This document shows positions 27,959-40,034 of a stretch of DNA of 64,000 bases, piece after piece; positions within the stretch are counted from its first letter, which is position 1, and every line of letters starts with the position of its first letter. The notes under the pieces are model-generated. The model saw only the letters and a list, made by a program, of their open reading frames with translations, ran no database searches and had not been told where the DNA came from. A program made the translations under genes and the position numbers. Source of the DNA: Octopus sinensis (taxonomy: Eukaryota); NCBI RefSeq assembly GCF_006345805.1, contig NC_042997.1, positions 44,826,001 through 44,890,000 of the forward strand, read 5' to 3'.

Positions 27959-28744
27959 TATTCAGCAGAATATTTGTTATAATGATGTTCCTGTTTCCAC
28001 AACTCAGCACTGAATTTGTCTGAAATGTAATAGAAAATAGATTGGTTTCAAAAGATTGATGTCCAGATCACAAAAGCAAAGTTTGAAGGGAGTAGTAGTT
28101 ATTTCCTTTGATTTCTAGATAGAAACAAATAGGAAACAACACTGACCAAAGAAGCAAAAATTCAAATTTTGTTTCAAAATGTAATTAATCCAGACTAATA
28201 TTGCTTTTGTTACATTTATAACCCTCCCCCAAAATTTCAGGCCTTGTGCCTATAGCAGAAAAGATTATTATTATTATTATTATTGTGAGTAGAGAGAATC
28301 GTTAGCGCATCAGAAAAATGCCTTGCGGTAATTCTTTCAACTCTTTACATTCTGAGTTCAAATCCTGTCAAAATCAACATTGCTGTTCGCCCTTTTGTGG
28401 TTGATATATCTAACCCCTCCCCTCAAAACTGCTAACCATATGCCCTAAATTAGAAATTAATGATATGCTGGATCAAGCCAGTTGAATGTTTATTATACAA
28501 TAATAACTTCAGATACCTGAGCTGTATTACAGAAAAAGCATTTAAATAAATCTAAACAAACAATATAAAAAAGGAAAAAAAAACAAAGAAAAATTTTAGA
28601 TTTGCGTTCTTGCCCCACCCACATAGACACACACCATTTAACTACATCATAACTCTTTGTTATGTAGCAGCTACAGAAGTAACTATTTCTACTCTTCCTT
28701 TATGTTTTTTTTAAAATCCGGAAGCAGATGGTTTCCTGTCTTAC

Positions 28745-28821
28745 TCTGACAAATCAGGCTCTGTTGAACCTGAATGTAGCAGATGTTGTAATTGTCTTGA
28801 TTTTACTTGCCTTCTCTTTTC
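28745..28821 (-). other. Candidate 77-nt internal exon of an unidentified minus-strand transcript
   Basis: Acceptor ttcttgtatttacgttctatccag|G and donor AGA|GTAAGA. One open frame, EKRRQVKSRQLQHLLHSGSTEPDLS. No homology recognised. Confidence 0.3.
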
Positions 28822-29828
28822 CTGGATAGAACGTAAATACAAGAATGTATTTAGGAAATAAACAAAGAAATGTTTATTAATTCTGTTTGTATAAGCTAAT
28901 CAAATAAGCTTGGCCGACATATGTCCAATCTGAATTATCAAATCAATTCAATTTTACCAGTGAATAAAAGTGAGCAGTGAGAGTGTTCCAGGAGGCTTCA
29001 TCACTGAGATGAAAGAATTAGATGATCATGAAGTGGGGAGTAGTACGCAGTTAGAGAAGCACAAAGGTGGCTATGGGGTTGGAGATGTGCAACTATTTAC
29101 TTCAGCCAAACTGGAGCTGTTCTTGTAGTAAAAATGGAAAAGAAACAGTATGTCTATGGGATAGTGATTGAACCCGGCTGGTGATTTAATTGTTGCCAAT
29201 CAGTCGAACAATCATCCTTCTTTGATCAGAGATGCTGGCATGTTTGCAGCTACGACGGAAACACCACAGCCCCATCAACATGAGCAGCGAACTGAAAAAT
29301 TTTTTTTATTCGAAAGAAGAGGCCCTTTCTTTTGTTTTTTTTCAAGATGCATTTTCGGCTATTTTATATATGTAGAGTTGCCGCAAAAGGTCATCAATCA
29401 ATGAAAGGAAAACTTCTACATGGTTGCTTGACCTGTTAGAAATAGCTATTAAACCTCCCTCACACCACAATATACTGTCTTAAAGAAAAGACTGACTAGA
29501 TAATGTAGCATTGGACACACTAGCCTAGCTAGTGAACATGGGCGTGGTTGAGGTGGGTCATGGGGGGGGGGGGTGCAGCCCATCCTGTGGAAAGCATTTC
29601 AGGGGTGGAACTTTAGGGTCTGCTGTATGTACAGACCTGTATAGGCTTAGGGACCTGGCAAGGAGGGCAGTAGACTTAAGGGCTGCCCTGAGAAGCACAT
29701 ACTCTAGTTATTCCACTGTTGGATATACAAAAAAGACAAGATAATCATTAGGTTCTCCACTTTCTGTCATCAGATCCTGAGAATCCAACAAAGTCTTTAA
29801 CCAAAACATACACAAGTTAACATATGTT

Positions 29829-29998
29829 AGGCGCAGGAGTGGCTGTGTGGTAAGTAGCTTGCTTACCAACCATATGGTTCCGGGTTCAGTCCCACTGCGT
29901 GGCATCTTGGGCAAGTGTCTTCTGCTATAGCCCCGGGCCGACCAATGCCTTGTGAGTGGATTTGGTAGATGGAAACTGAAAGAAGCCCATCGTATATA

Positions 29999-30035
<37 letters not shown>

Positions 30036-30243
30036 ATGTGTGTGCATATGTTTGTCCCCCTAGCATTGCTTGACAACCGATGCTGGTGTGTTTGCGTCCC
30101 CGTCACTTAGCGGTTTGGCAAAATAGACCGATAGAATAATTACTGGGGTTTACAAAGGAATAAGTCCCGGGGTCGATTTGATTCGACTAAAGGCGGTGCT
30201 CCAGCATGGCCGCAGTCAAATGACTGAAACGAGTAAAAGAGTA
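29829..30243 (+). mobile_element. SINE family B
   Basis: Homologous to the other family B copies. Confidence 0.9.
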
Positions 30244-31325
30244 TATGTACCCAAACATGGGCTTAATGTTCAGACATCCACTCAAACACTCTCAAAAAAG
30301 CCCTAAACACATAACTCTTTAACCCCGCTGCATAGATTTTCACCCACATGCTGTCTTGCAGCCATTTCAGATTCGTTGGTGCCAAATGATGTAATGATAA
30401 ATACTTTGCTCATTTGCCTCCCTCGACTTTGTTTACTCTTTTTTTTTCCAGTATCCTCAAACAGGATGTGAATTTTTTCACCTCCAATAACAGAGAGCAA
30501 TCACCTTTTTTTTATCCTACATGTCATCTCTGAAGAGGTCGTGACCATGCGATCATCTAACAACCAGTGCAAAATCGATCAATAAGATCGATCTGAAATA
30601 CATCTTTAATACTGTATACTTTGATTGATATATTCACTGTATTAACAAATATATGAGTGCGTTGTTTTCTGATGTACAGATTCTTCTATGACTATGTGTA
30701 TGTGTGTGTGTTATGTCGATCTTTATTTGTCAAGTGGCTAAGTTACATTGACTACAGTTTTATTTTTAGAAAGTTATTACTCTTGAAACAATTGAAAAAC
30801 CCTATAAATGCTGTTTCTATATAGTCTTTGTTTTATACACACTACATGGTCATAGATGAGGGATGCGTCATTTACTTTTAGTACCAGATGGCACATGCAT
30901 CATCTTTACTTTCTCAAGATTTTTATTAGTTGAGGTTACTGAAGTAAATTTACTGACTGCATGAATAACCTCAAATGAAGTTTTTTTTCTCATTATATTA
31001 AATATGCAAAGTGTAACAGTGTGTGTATCTAGCCTTGGTTATACTGCCTTTTCAGACAAAAAACAGAATGATTTATTCAGATTACGTTGTCTAATATTCC
31101 ACTCTCACTCTTTTTAAGATGGTGAATGTGATTTGAGATTTCGCTGCTATATCTAGTGGGTCAAACGAATATGTAGTGAGCTTGTCATTGTCTTGTAATG
31201 TTAACCTCATATTGCATGGTACAGTACAATGAATGATGTTATGGGAAACACTTTTAGTCAAGGAGGTAAGGCCCATCATCTTTTACAGGCCCCACTGGAG
31301 GAGGGAAAATGGTATTCTCAAACTG

Positions 31326-31548
31326 AAGGCGGCGAGCTGGCAGAATCGTTAGCATGTCGGGCGAAATGCTTAGCTGTATTTCGGCTGCCGTTACGTTGTG
31401 AGTTCAAATTCCGCCGAGGTCGACTTTGCCTTTCATCCTTTCGGGGTCGATAAATTAAGTACCAGTTATGCACTGGGGTCGATGTAATCGACTTAATACC
31501 TATGTTTGTCCCCTCTATGTTTAGCCCCTTGTGGGTAATAAAGAAATA
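31326..31548 (+). mobile_element. SINE family A with a 15-bp TSD
   Basis: ggtattctcaaactg at 31311-31325 and 31549-31563. Confidence 0.92.
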
Positions 31549-31944
31549 GGTATTCTCAAACTGGAGACCTGCTCTGAATGTTTGCAATAGAGTATGCTCC
31601 ACTAGAAGTACCCAAAGCTCCAGGTGCTGGTGTTAGACTAAATTTGTTGCTCAGCTCATCGCCCAAGAAAGCCATGGCAGGATTTGAACGTTCAGTGCAG
31701 AGTCAAAACAAATACTGGAAAGCTTCTAGGTTGGTGTTCTTACCATGTTGCTAGTCTCTCATCCTGGATTGGTACTTTACTTATTTAATTAGTTTGATTG
31801 ATCTAGAAAGGTTGAAAGGCAAGTTGATCTTGGTGGTACTTGAACTCAGTTTGGAGAGGAATTAAACAAAAATAATTTTTTCCCTCACTCTAACCAATTT
31901 ACTGTCTAAAAACATTCATTGTATATTTCGAAACTGAAAGTATA

Positions 31945-32340
31945 TCTTTATATATAAAAGAGAGGTTGTGTGCTGTCTGTCTCCTATGATTTAGATTCCT
32001 AACTACTCCCACATTTTGCGGTGCAGTGTAACCAAAAGCGGGTATCTTATAGTTGTGATTCATATCAAGCCCTTCTGGGTATTAGCACGCATCTACGATG
32101 AGTCTACGATTTAAAAGAAAATTTACCATCATTTTTTTCCATTTTTAATGCATTTTTGGTATATATAAGGGAAGTAACTCTCTAAAAATTTATTATTAAA
32201 TCTCAGAACGTAAAAAGCTACAGTAACACCCCCCCTTTGTGGTTAGCGGTATTGAGATGGCTATTATACTTTACATGTCTAAAAACGCTTATATAGTTAT
32301 TTCCCTTACAAACCCGAGCAACGCCGGGCGATACTGCTAG
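31945..32340 (+). mobile_element. Non-autonomous Helitron
   Basis: A|TC 5' end, 3' hairpin cccgagcaacgccggg, then CTAG|T. Near-identical copy at 36828-37223. Confidence 0.85.
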
Positions 32341-32462
32341 TTGTTTATAACCAATCTTTGTTGAGGAAATTATAGCCTGTTTAATAACCCTGTATATTAT
32401 TGGTACTTCCACTTCCACTACAGTGAAAGATAAAGAGGATTTTATTGGAAATGTCAGACTGC

Positions 32463-33340
32463 TAGGAGGTACCCAAAAGTAACCGAAAATTTTCTCTGCG
32501 GGAGAGACCCATTGTAGTTCAGGTTTCCGCTGCTAGAAACCACTTGATGCAACCATCAGGCATTAGTCTGCCAACCAGCATCGTTTGCCGATGTCTTACT
32601 ACTCCGTGATGTGTCTTTGTTTTGGAGTGCTTTTCTCCTGTTCATCGTTTTCACATTGTCTGAAATGAAGGAACAACGTGCTTCTGTAAAATTCTGTTTT
32701 CTGCTAGAAAAAACGACAGCTGAATCAGTTGTCATGTTTCAAACGACTTACAAGGATGTTGACATGAGCAAAACACATGTTTATGAGTGGTTTCTATCTT
32801 TAGGCATCGTCACTTGTTGCTTGAAGCCCAACCTTGTTCAGAGCAACCATCGATCTCTTGAACGGATGAAAACAACATGAAAATTCATGAACTGGTCTTG
32901 GAAGACTGTCACTGAACAATTGACGAACTTGTGGATATAACTGGAGTTCCTGCCAACGAATTTTGAGTGAGGAATTGCAAATGGAAAGAGTTAGCAAAAT
33001 TTGTGCCTCACTTGCTCACAGAAGATCAAAAGCAGTCACAACTGAATGCATGTCACGAACTGAAAGAACAGTTGTAAGTTCGAAGGTCATCACTAGTGAC
33101 GAAAACTGATGCTATGGAATTTGCAGATGTGGAAGAGGCAAAGAAAAAAAATGACTGAGGCATTAAAAGGTATCACTTCACAAAAGTTCCAGCACTGCTT
33201 CAAATAGTGGAAAATGCACCTGGACTGATGCATTGTTTCAAATGGAGAATACTCTGAAGGTGATAAAAGTGTAAACATGTAAAACTAAGTGAATAAGATA
33301 ATATTGTAAAATTATGGTTTCTATTGGGTATCCCCTTGTA
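32463..33340 (+). mobile_element. Degenerate mariner transposon
   Basis: MKEQRASVKFCFLLEKTTAESVVM...SKTHVYEWF. Imperfect TIRs gaggtacccaaaagtaacc / ggtttctattgggtatccccttgTA. Confidence 0.8.
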
Positions 33341-33414
33341 CATATTTTAATGCATTTGACTGAGCACCTCACAAATCTGAGTCTAAATTCTTTAAATATC
33401 CTGATCACAAATAA

Positions 33415-34290
33415 TCTCTATATATGAAACAAAGGATGTCTGTGTGTAGTACATATGCATTTCTACAGTTTTCAACTGATTTTCACCAAACTTAACACAC
33501 ACATTACTTATGTGCCAAGGATAGTCATGCACTATAACATTTCCCCCAGAGCTTCTGCGTAAAGCGAGAAACTGAGAAAAATGGTGCTTTACACTGTTTT
33601 TCTCTAAAAACTTCTGCAGTTTTCAACCGATTTTCTCCCTTTTCTTTCTGTTTATGTCTCTCTTCTCTCTCTTTTTCTCATTCTCTGTTTCTCTTACTTA
33701 CACATATTCCCTCTCACCCTCTGTAATAGTTTCTCTCTTTTGGTCTATATCTATTTTTTACCCCCCCCCCATCTCTCTCTCTCTCTCTCTCTAATTCTAA
33801 CTCACACCCTAACTTCTGTCTACAAATTGCCTTCTGTGTATGTCAATTAGTCATGCATAAAAATCTCTGTTGTTATAGTTTTTGTACGTTCTCCCTGGAA
33901 AACAATTTACTTATTTTAGATTTTTGTTCACCCAGCCAGTGTGTTTAAATTCAGTTTTGCAACAGATACCTAAAAATTGACTTCATTGTACTTCAATTTT
34001 GTTGTGCATAAATATATTTTTCTTTATGGTATTTGTATGTTCTCCCTACGACATTATTTTACTTATTTTGAATTTTCTTGTACTTTGTCTATTTAAATAC
34101 ACTATTTACATTTCCTCCTCTATCGAAAATGTTGTGCGTATGGTTGTGCATGTGTGTGTATGACCGTTTTGGGCCACATATAGCCAATAAGCCTTTATAA
34201 TTAACCAATGAGATTTGAACCATGCCTCTGAGCAGTCATGCATTAGAAAAAATCCATCCTAAAGTGGCTCAAATTTTTTCGCTCAAGCTA
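33415..34290 (+). mobile_element. Probable non-autonomous Helitron-like repeat (3' end not seen)
   Basis: The 5' tctctatatat...gtctgtgtgt start resembles the other Helitron 5' ends in this window. The interior is CT-rich. Confidence 0.4.
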
Positions 34291-34299
34291 TTTTCTTTT

Positions 34300-34930
34300 A
34301 GAGGGCTCTCACTAAACAAATTGAAGGCATGGCTGCTCTCGATTATTGCGATCGCCTTAAAGCCTTGAAACTTTACTCCCTCCAGCGTCGCCGTGAGCGG
34401 TACATCATTTGTACGATGTGGAAAATATACCGCCAACTTTGCCCAAACGACCTAAACATTAGCTTCAAGGTTCATCCAAGACTTGGACCACGGGCTATAC
34501 GTCCCCTGCCCAATTCAAGATCACAACATACATGTACACTGCAACATAATTTCTTTTCCTCAACAGGCCCTGCCCTATTTAACATTGTCCCGAGGGAGAT
34601 CAAAGAGGAAAAGGATCCCATCAACTTTAAACAGAGTCTGGATAGATTCCTTCAAAGAATACCAGATAAGCCACCCATAATTGGATACAACTCACCCAAC
34701 AAGAACTCACTACTTGAACAAAACTGGATACAACTCACCCAACAAGAACTCACTACTTGAACAAAACTGGATACAACTCACCCAACAAGAACTCACTACT
34801 TGAACAAAACTTGACTTAAACAAAACTTGACTTAAACAGGATTCGAATAATCCTATCAGGTGGTGCTATTAAGTTAGACATGGCCTGGACCAATCTTTGG
34901 TCGAAACATATCTGAGTTTATCTAAGTTTA
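34300..34930 (+). mobile_element. CR1-like LINE family 2, 3' end with a 3 x 43-bp tandem repeat
   Basis: ORF 34329-34760 matches and extends 14142-14336. tggatacaactcacccaacaagaactcactacttgaacaaaac occurs three times from 34682. Confidence 0.9.
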
Positions 34931-35306
34931 TAAACTGAACGGGGTTTGTAAGTTCTTTCTACAAATTGACTTCCTTGTCTATATATATAAAATTCATTGT
35001 CTGTCTGTTTCCTATGCATTCTCAAACAGCTTGACCAAATCAAATCAAATTTTACAAGACTCTGTGAATGTCAAATTTTATCAGACTCTGCGAGTGTCAA
35101 CATGTAATTTTTTTCATTTGGATTAAAACAACATAACATTGGCACTGGTTTGGTATTATGTGTCAAAAGTTAAAGAATAAGATGTATATTGTAATGTCAT
35201 ATAATATTTTGTTGTGCCTGGGGAAAGTCATTCTCTTTTAGTGCCTTATTGCCAACAACTGTTGAAAAGGTTGCAAGGCGCAACAAAAATTTTAGGAAAA
35301 TTAAAT

Positions 35307-35710
35307 AGGAATGGCTGTGTGGTAAGTAGCTTGCTAACCAACCACATGGTTCCGGGTTCAGTCCCACTGCGTGGCATCTTGGGCAAGTGTCTTCTGCTAT
35401 AGCCCCGGGCCGACCAATGCCTTGTGAGTGGATTTGGTAGACGGAAACTGAAAGAAGCCTGTCGTATATATGTATATATATATATATATATGTGTGTGTT
35501 TGTGTGTCTGTGTTTGTCCCCCTAGCATTGCTTGACAACCGATGCTGGTGTGTTTACATCCCCATCACTTAGCGGTTCGGCAAAAGAGACCGATAGAATA
35601 AGTACTGGGCTTACAAAGAATAAGTCCCGGGGTCGGTTTGCTCGACTAAAGGCGGTGCTCCAGCATGGCCGCAGTCAAATGACTGAAACAAGTAAAAGAG
35701 TAAAAGAGTA
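35307..35710 (+). mobile_element. SINE family B
   Basis: Homologous to the other copies. Tail-to-tail with 35894-36307. Confidence 0.9.
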
Positions 35711-35893
35711 AGTAAATGAGTGGAAACGTTACTGGTGAGTGTGTTAAATAATAAGGCACTAAAAGAGATTGACTCTCCCTAGACACAACAAAATTTGCTT
35801 CAACACAGGAACTCATATAAAGAATCTTGCAAATCAAATCCAAAAACGAAGACATATAATATTGTTTCACTTTTATTCTTTCACTTTCTATTC

Positions 35894-36307
35894 TACTCTT
35901 TTACTCTTTACTCTTTTACTTGTTTCAGTCAGTTGACTGCGGCCATGCTGGAGCATCGCCTTTAGTCGAGCAACTCGACCCCAGGACTTATTCTTTGTAA
36001 GCCCAGTACTTATTCTATCGGTCTCATTTGCCGAACCGCTAAGTGACGGGGACGTAAACACACCAGCATCGGTTGTCAAGCAATGCTAGGGGGACAAACA
36101 CAGACACACAAACACATACACACACACATATATATATATACATATATACGACTGGCTTCTTTCAGTTTCTGTCTACCAAATCCACTCACAAGGCATTGGT
36201 CGGCCCGGGGCTATAGTAGAAGACACTTGCCCAAAGTGCCACGCAGTGGGACTGAACCCGGAACCATGTGGTTGGTTAGCAAGCTACTTACCACACAGCC
36301 ACTCCTG
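35894..36307 (-). mobile_element. SINE family B
   Basis: Homologous to the other copies. Confidence 0.9.
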
Positions 36308-36827
36308 GAATAATTTATATCCTAATGTGAACAACATTATGCATTGGCAACTTTCCATCATTACTGCCATGACAGCTGAATGAGGGGTCAGTGTATGTGT
36401 GTAGACTGACATAACAAACGGCTGGAAGTGAAACTTTTGACCAAAAACAATTAGGTTACAGGTCCATTTACCGTTCAATTACCGGTTCATAATTATCGCA
36501 GCAGTTGCAAGGTATTTACAATTACATATTTACTCTTAAATTAATGAAGTCTCAATAGAGAAGGGAGATGAGACTTTCTGGAGATCAACAAACGCATGCT
36601 GCCACACGTCAAATGGATTCTCAAGGGAGAAGGGAGATGAGACTTTCTCAAGATCAGCAAACCCTACCCTAACCCCACCCCCAATTTTCCATGACAAGTT
36701 AGGGCTTGGAATATTCCAAAGGGACGCATGACATATCGCTTAGTGAAATTAGTCCATTACTTACTCCACAAATGTTTTGTTGTCAAAGTTGCACTTTCCC
36801 TTATCATCTGTTTCAACATAATTGTAA

Positions 36828-37223
36828 TCTTTATATATAAAAGAGAGGTTGTGTGCTGTCTGTCTCCTACGATTTAGATTCCAAACTACTCCCACATTTT
36901 GCGGTGCAGTTTAACCAAAACCGGGTATCTTATAGTCGTGATTCATATCGAGCCCTTCTGGGTATTAGCGCGCGTCTATGCTTAGTCTACGATTTAAAAA
37001 AATATTTACCATCAATTTTTCCCATTTTTAATGCATTTTTGGCATATATAAGGGAAGTAACTCTCTAAAAATTTATTATTAAATCTCAGAACGTAAAAAG
37101 CTACAGTAACACCCCCCCTTTGTGGTTAGCCATATTGAGATGGCTATTATACTTTACATCTCTAATAATGCTTATATAGTTATTTCCCTTACAAACCCGA
37201 GCAACGCCGGGCGATACTGCTAG
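36828..37223 (+). mobile_element. Non-autonomous Helitron (second copy)
   Basis: A|TC...hairpin-CTAG|T. A further Helitron-type 3' end (cctgagcaatgccagg...CTAG) lies at 37254-37281. Confidence 0.85.
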
Positions 37224-38067
37224 TATGATATATACAAACTATGCCATTTTAATCCTGAGCAATGCCAGGTATCTCTGCTAGTATTAAATACTGATGATTT
37301 AGCTCATGACATGTATCTCTCATTGGAACTAGAAAAGTGGAAATAGTCCAAATATTATACAGAGATAAAGATGCCTTCCGTTCACAATTTATGATTGTAA
37401 GTTTTGATCTTAAAAGATATAGAACTAACCACTCCTGTTTTCTTTTTGTGTAGGTTGGGCACTTAAGGCAAGTTTCATCTACAATAGCACTGGGCCAACC
37501 AAACTCTTGTGAATGAATTTGATTGTTGGAAACTGAAACAAGCCAAGTCGTGTGTGTGCTATGTGTATGTGCCTGCGACCGAGTGAGGTTGTATTTTCCT
37601 AATGTTTGTTGGCTTGTAAACAATTGCTTCCTAACAATGTTGTCCTCATACTGCCCATGAAAGCATGGTCAGGTATCTTGACGTGTCTTCACATGTGTGA
37701 TATTGATAAACAAAAAGCTCCTTCAAACGATGTCTTTTGTTTCCAGTTCATCGCATGCAAAAGAGTCCTGAATGTTTGTTTTTCAATAGACTGCCAGATT
37801 ATCACTTCATTTGGAAACAAGTTGAGATTGGCGACTGGAATGGCATCTGACTGTGGAAGAACTCTAACCCAACATACTCTTGTCTGACCCAAGCAAGCAA
37901 GGAAAGTTGAAAGACGAAGTTGACCTGAGTTTGAAAATGGAATAGAGAGCCAAAAACGGAAAAATATTTTTTAGTCCAACACTCTACCCTTCACCACCTT
38001 GTTACACATTAATTTGAAATGTATACAAACAGATTCCTCCATATATTCTGGAATTTACAATTTTTAT

Positions 38068-38260
38068 TGGCACCTGTGTCGGTGGCACATAAAATCACCC
38101 ACTACACTCTCGGAGTGGTTGGCGTTAGGAAGGGCATCCAGCTGTAGAAACACTGCCAGATCTGACTGGACTGGTGCAGCCTTCGGGCTTGCCAGACCCC
38201 AGTTGAACCATCCAACCCATGCTAGCATGGAAAGCGGACGTTAAACGATGATGATGATGA
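38068..38260 (+). mobile_element. Family D 3' fragment
   Basis: Same core and (GAT)n tail as 10565-11045. Confidence 0.85.
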
Positions 38261-38370
38261 ATGTTTTATTGTAATTATTTCTACTACATATTTTATTGTG
38301 TGTGTATTATTATAAAAAACAAAAAAAATTCTTGCTAATTTTTTTAATATCAATTTTCTTACTTTTTCAG

Positions 38371-39330
38371 ATGATGGTCATAAAACACATCTTCAGTTAC
38401 TGCCACCGGCTAAAGATTTTTGCTTTACTTTTTATAATACTTATTGTTGGTGTCATCTTTCTAAATACGAATATATTTCCAGAAAATGTAAAGCTTATTC
38501 ATGCTTACAAAGACATGCAGCAGATACCCCAACGCCAGTTTTGTACTATATTTACTTCATGGACGACAAGAAAAGATAAAGCAACTGTACACAATAACAC
38601 TTTGCATTTATGGACACAGTTGGTACCTGATATTCAACCAGTTTTATTTACAAATGAATCAGTTCTTGCTCAGAAAGCTCTTGCTCATGGCTGGAAAGTA
38701 CTACCAATTTCACATGCTGCTTGTGGAAATTTACCTGTGCTAAAGAGCATGTTTTTGGATGTTCAGCGCAATTTTCCGTCCCAAGTTTATGGTTATGCCA
38801 ATTCAGATATTCTCTTTGATTCTACACTTAATACCACTCTACGTTCAATCTTAAAGCACAAACAATTTTACCAAAACCACAGTTTTCTCATAACTGGCCG
38901 TAGAACGAATGTTAATTTTCATAATCTAACTGTAAAAAGTGTCAGAAATCTATCCACGATTGCATCAAAAGGGTCTTTAGCAAGAATATGGGGCGAAGAC
39001 TATTTTTTTACAGGAAATCGTTTTCCCTGGAGTAAATTTCCTAACATGGTTATTGGACGGGTCGCCTTTGATAATTATATCGTCATGTTTGGAAACAGAA
39101 ACAAAGCATATGTTATTGATCCTACGTCTAACCTATTAGCAGTCCACCAAACCACCAGTGATGGTAACCTAGCTAGTTCCAAACGACCAAATGCAAAATG
39201 TAATACCAAGTTGATTCAACCGCAAAAATATAGACAGGGTTACGCAGACTGTATACCACTGGAAACAAGACATGATTTCCAAGGTATAATTCAAATGATC
39301 AAACGCAAAACACCTTCACTTTGTCACTGA
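38371..39330 (+). CDS. Intronless 319-aa type II membrane protein, probable GT-A fold glycosyltransferase of unknown specificity
   Basis: The ATG immediately follows the acceptor ttttcttactttttcag (38354-38370). N-terminal TM segment IFALLFIILIVGVIFL. Motifs YGYANSDILF (NxD, DxD-like), ITGRRTN, EDYFF, VIGRVAFDNY and AVHQT. No stops or frameshifts. AATAAA at 39449 and 39601. Confidence 0.8.
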   Translation: MMVIKHIFSYCHRLKIFALLFIILIVGVIFLNTNIFPENVKLIHAYKDMQQIPQRQFCTIFTSWTTRKDKATVHNNTLHLWTQLVPDIQPVLFTNESVLAQKALAHGWKVLPISHAACGNLPVLKSMFLDVQRNFPSQVYGYANSDILFDSTLNTTLRSILKHKQFYQNHSFLITGRRTNVNFHNLTVKSVRNLSTIASKGSLARIWGEDYFFTGNRFPWSKFPNMVIGRVAFDNYIVMFGNRNKAYVIDPTSNLLAVHQTTSDGNLASSKRPNAKCNTKLIQPQKYRQGYADCIPLETRHDFQGIIQMIKRKTPSLCH

Positions 39331-39556
39331 CAATTATAAATATTTTGGAATGTTTTATTGAAGGTATTTAAATATTTAACATATGTGATTTTCTCAGACA
39401 TATCATCAGGCATTTTAAGAATAGAACTAACGTCAGTGTTTTTCATAAAATAAAAGTCAATCAAATCACTTTTTGACATTTACAACAACTGTTCAACAGC
39501 CATCTTACCCACACAGAATTTGCTATAATCACTGAATCATATACTGAACAAACATA

Positions 39557-39599
<43 letters not shown>

Positions 39600-40034
39600 A
39601 AATAAAGCCATTTTTTTTTTGACACACACACACACACACTGCTAGCAAATAAATGTTCATGAATGTCACTCCAACTTCGGAGAGAAAAAAAAAAGAAAGA
39701 AACATTTGGTAATTTTTATCCTGGATACTCCCATATCTCTAAACATGGAATGCCATGACTGGATTGCTTTTCATCCATTGGTCAGCTGGAGCTATGCAAC
39801 AAAAAAATCACATGAGCAGGTGAATAAGCTAGAAAAGAGATTGGTGGTGCATCTATGTTATGTTTTCATATATTTTTGTGAATACAGATCAAATGTTATT
39901 TATGTTTATTATGAAATAATTTATTTTAAATAAAGTGAAATAGCTTTGTGTATTTTCTTTTTGAGATTTTAATGTTTCAGATATAATCAATGCTCTCCAA
40001 CATCGAGATTAGGCATTTTAACAAATGAACAAAT

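Noticed and set aside
34682-34811. CRISPR-like array
   Set aside because: These are contiguous identical 43-bp units without spacers in eukaryotic LINE sequence, with no cas genes.
36661-36682. Telomere-like accctaccctaaccc
   Set aside because: It contains a single TTAGGG-type unit inside a dispersed repeat and is not an array.
38296-38370. N-terminal 25 aa of the 344-aa ORF call
   Set aside because: It starts at a non-ATG codon and is a pyrimidine tract ending in AG right before ATG 38371, so it is intronic.
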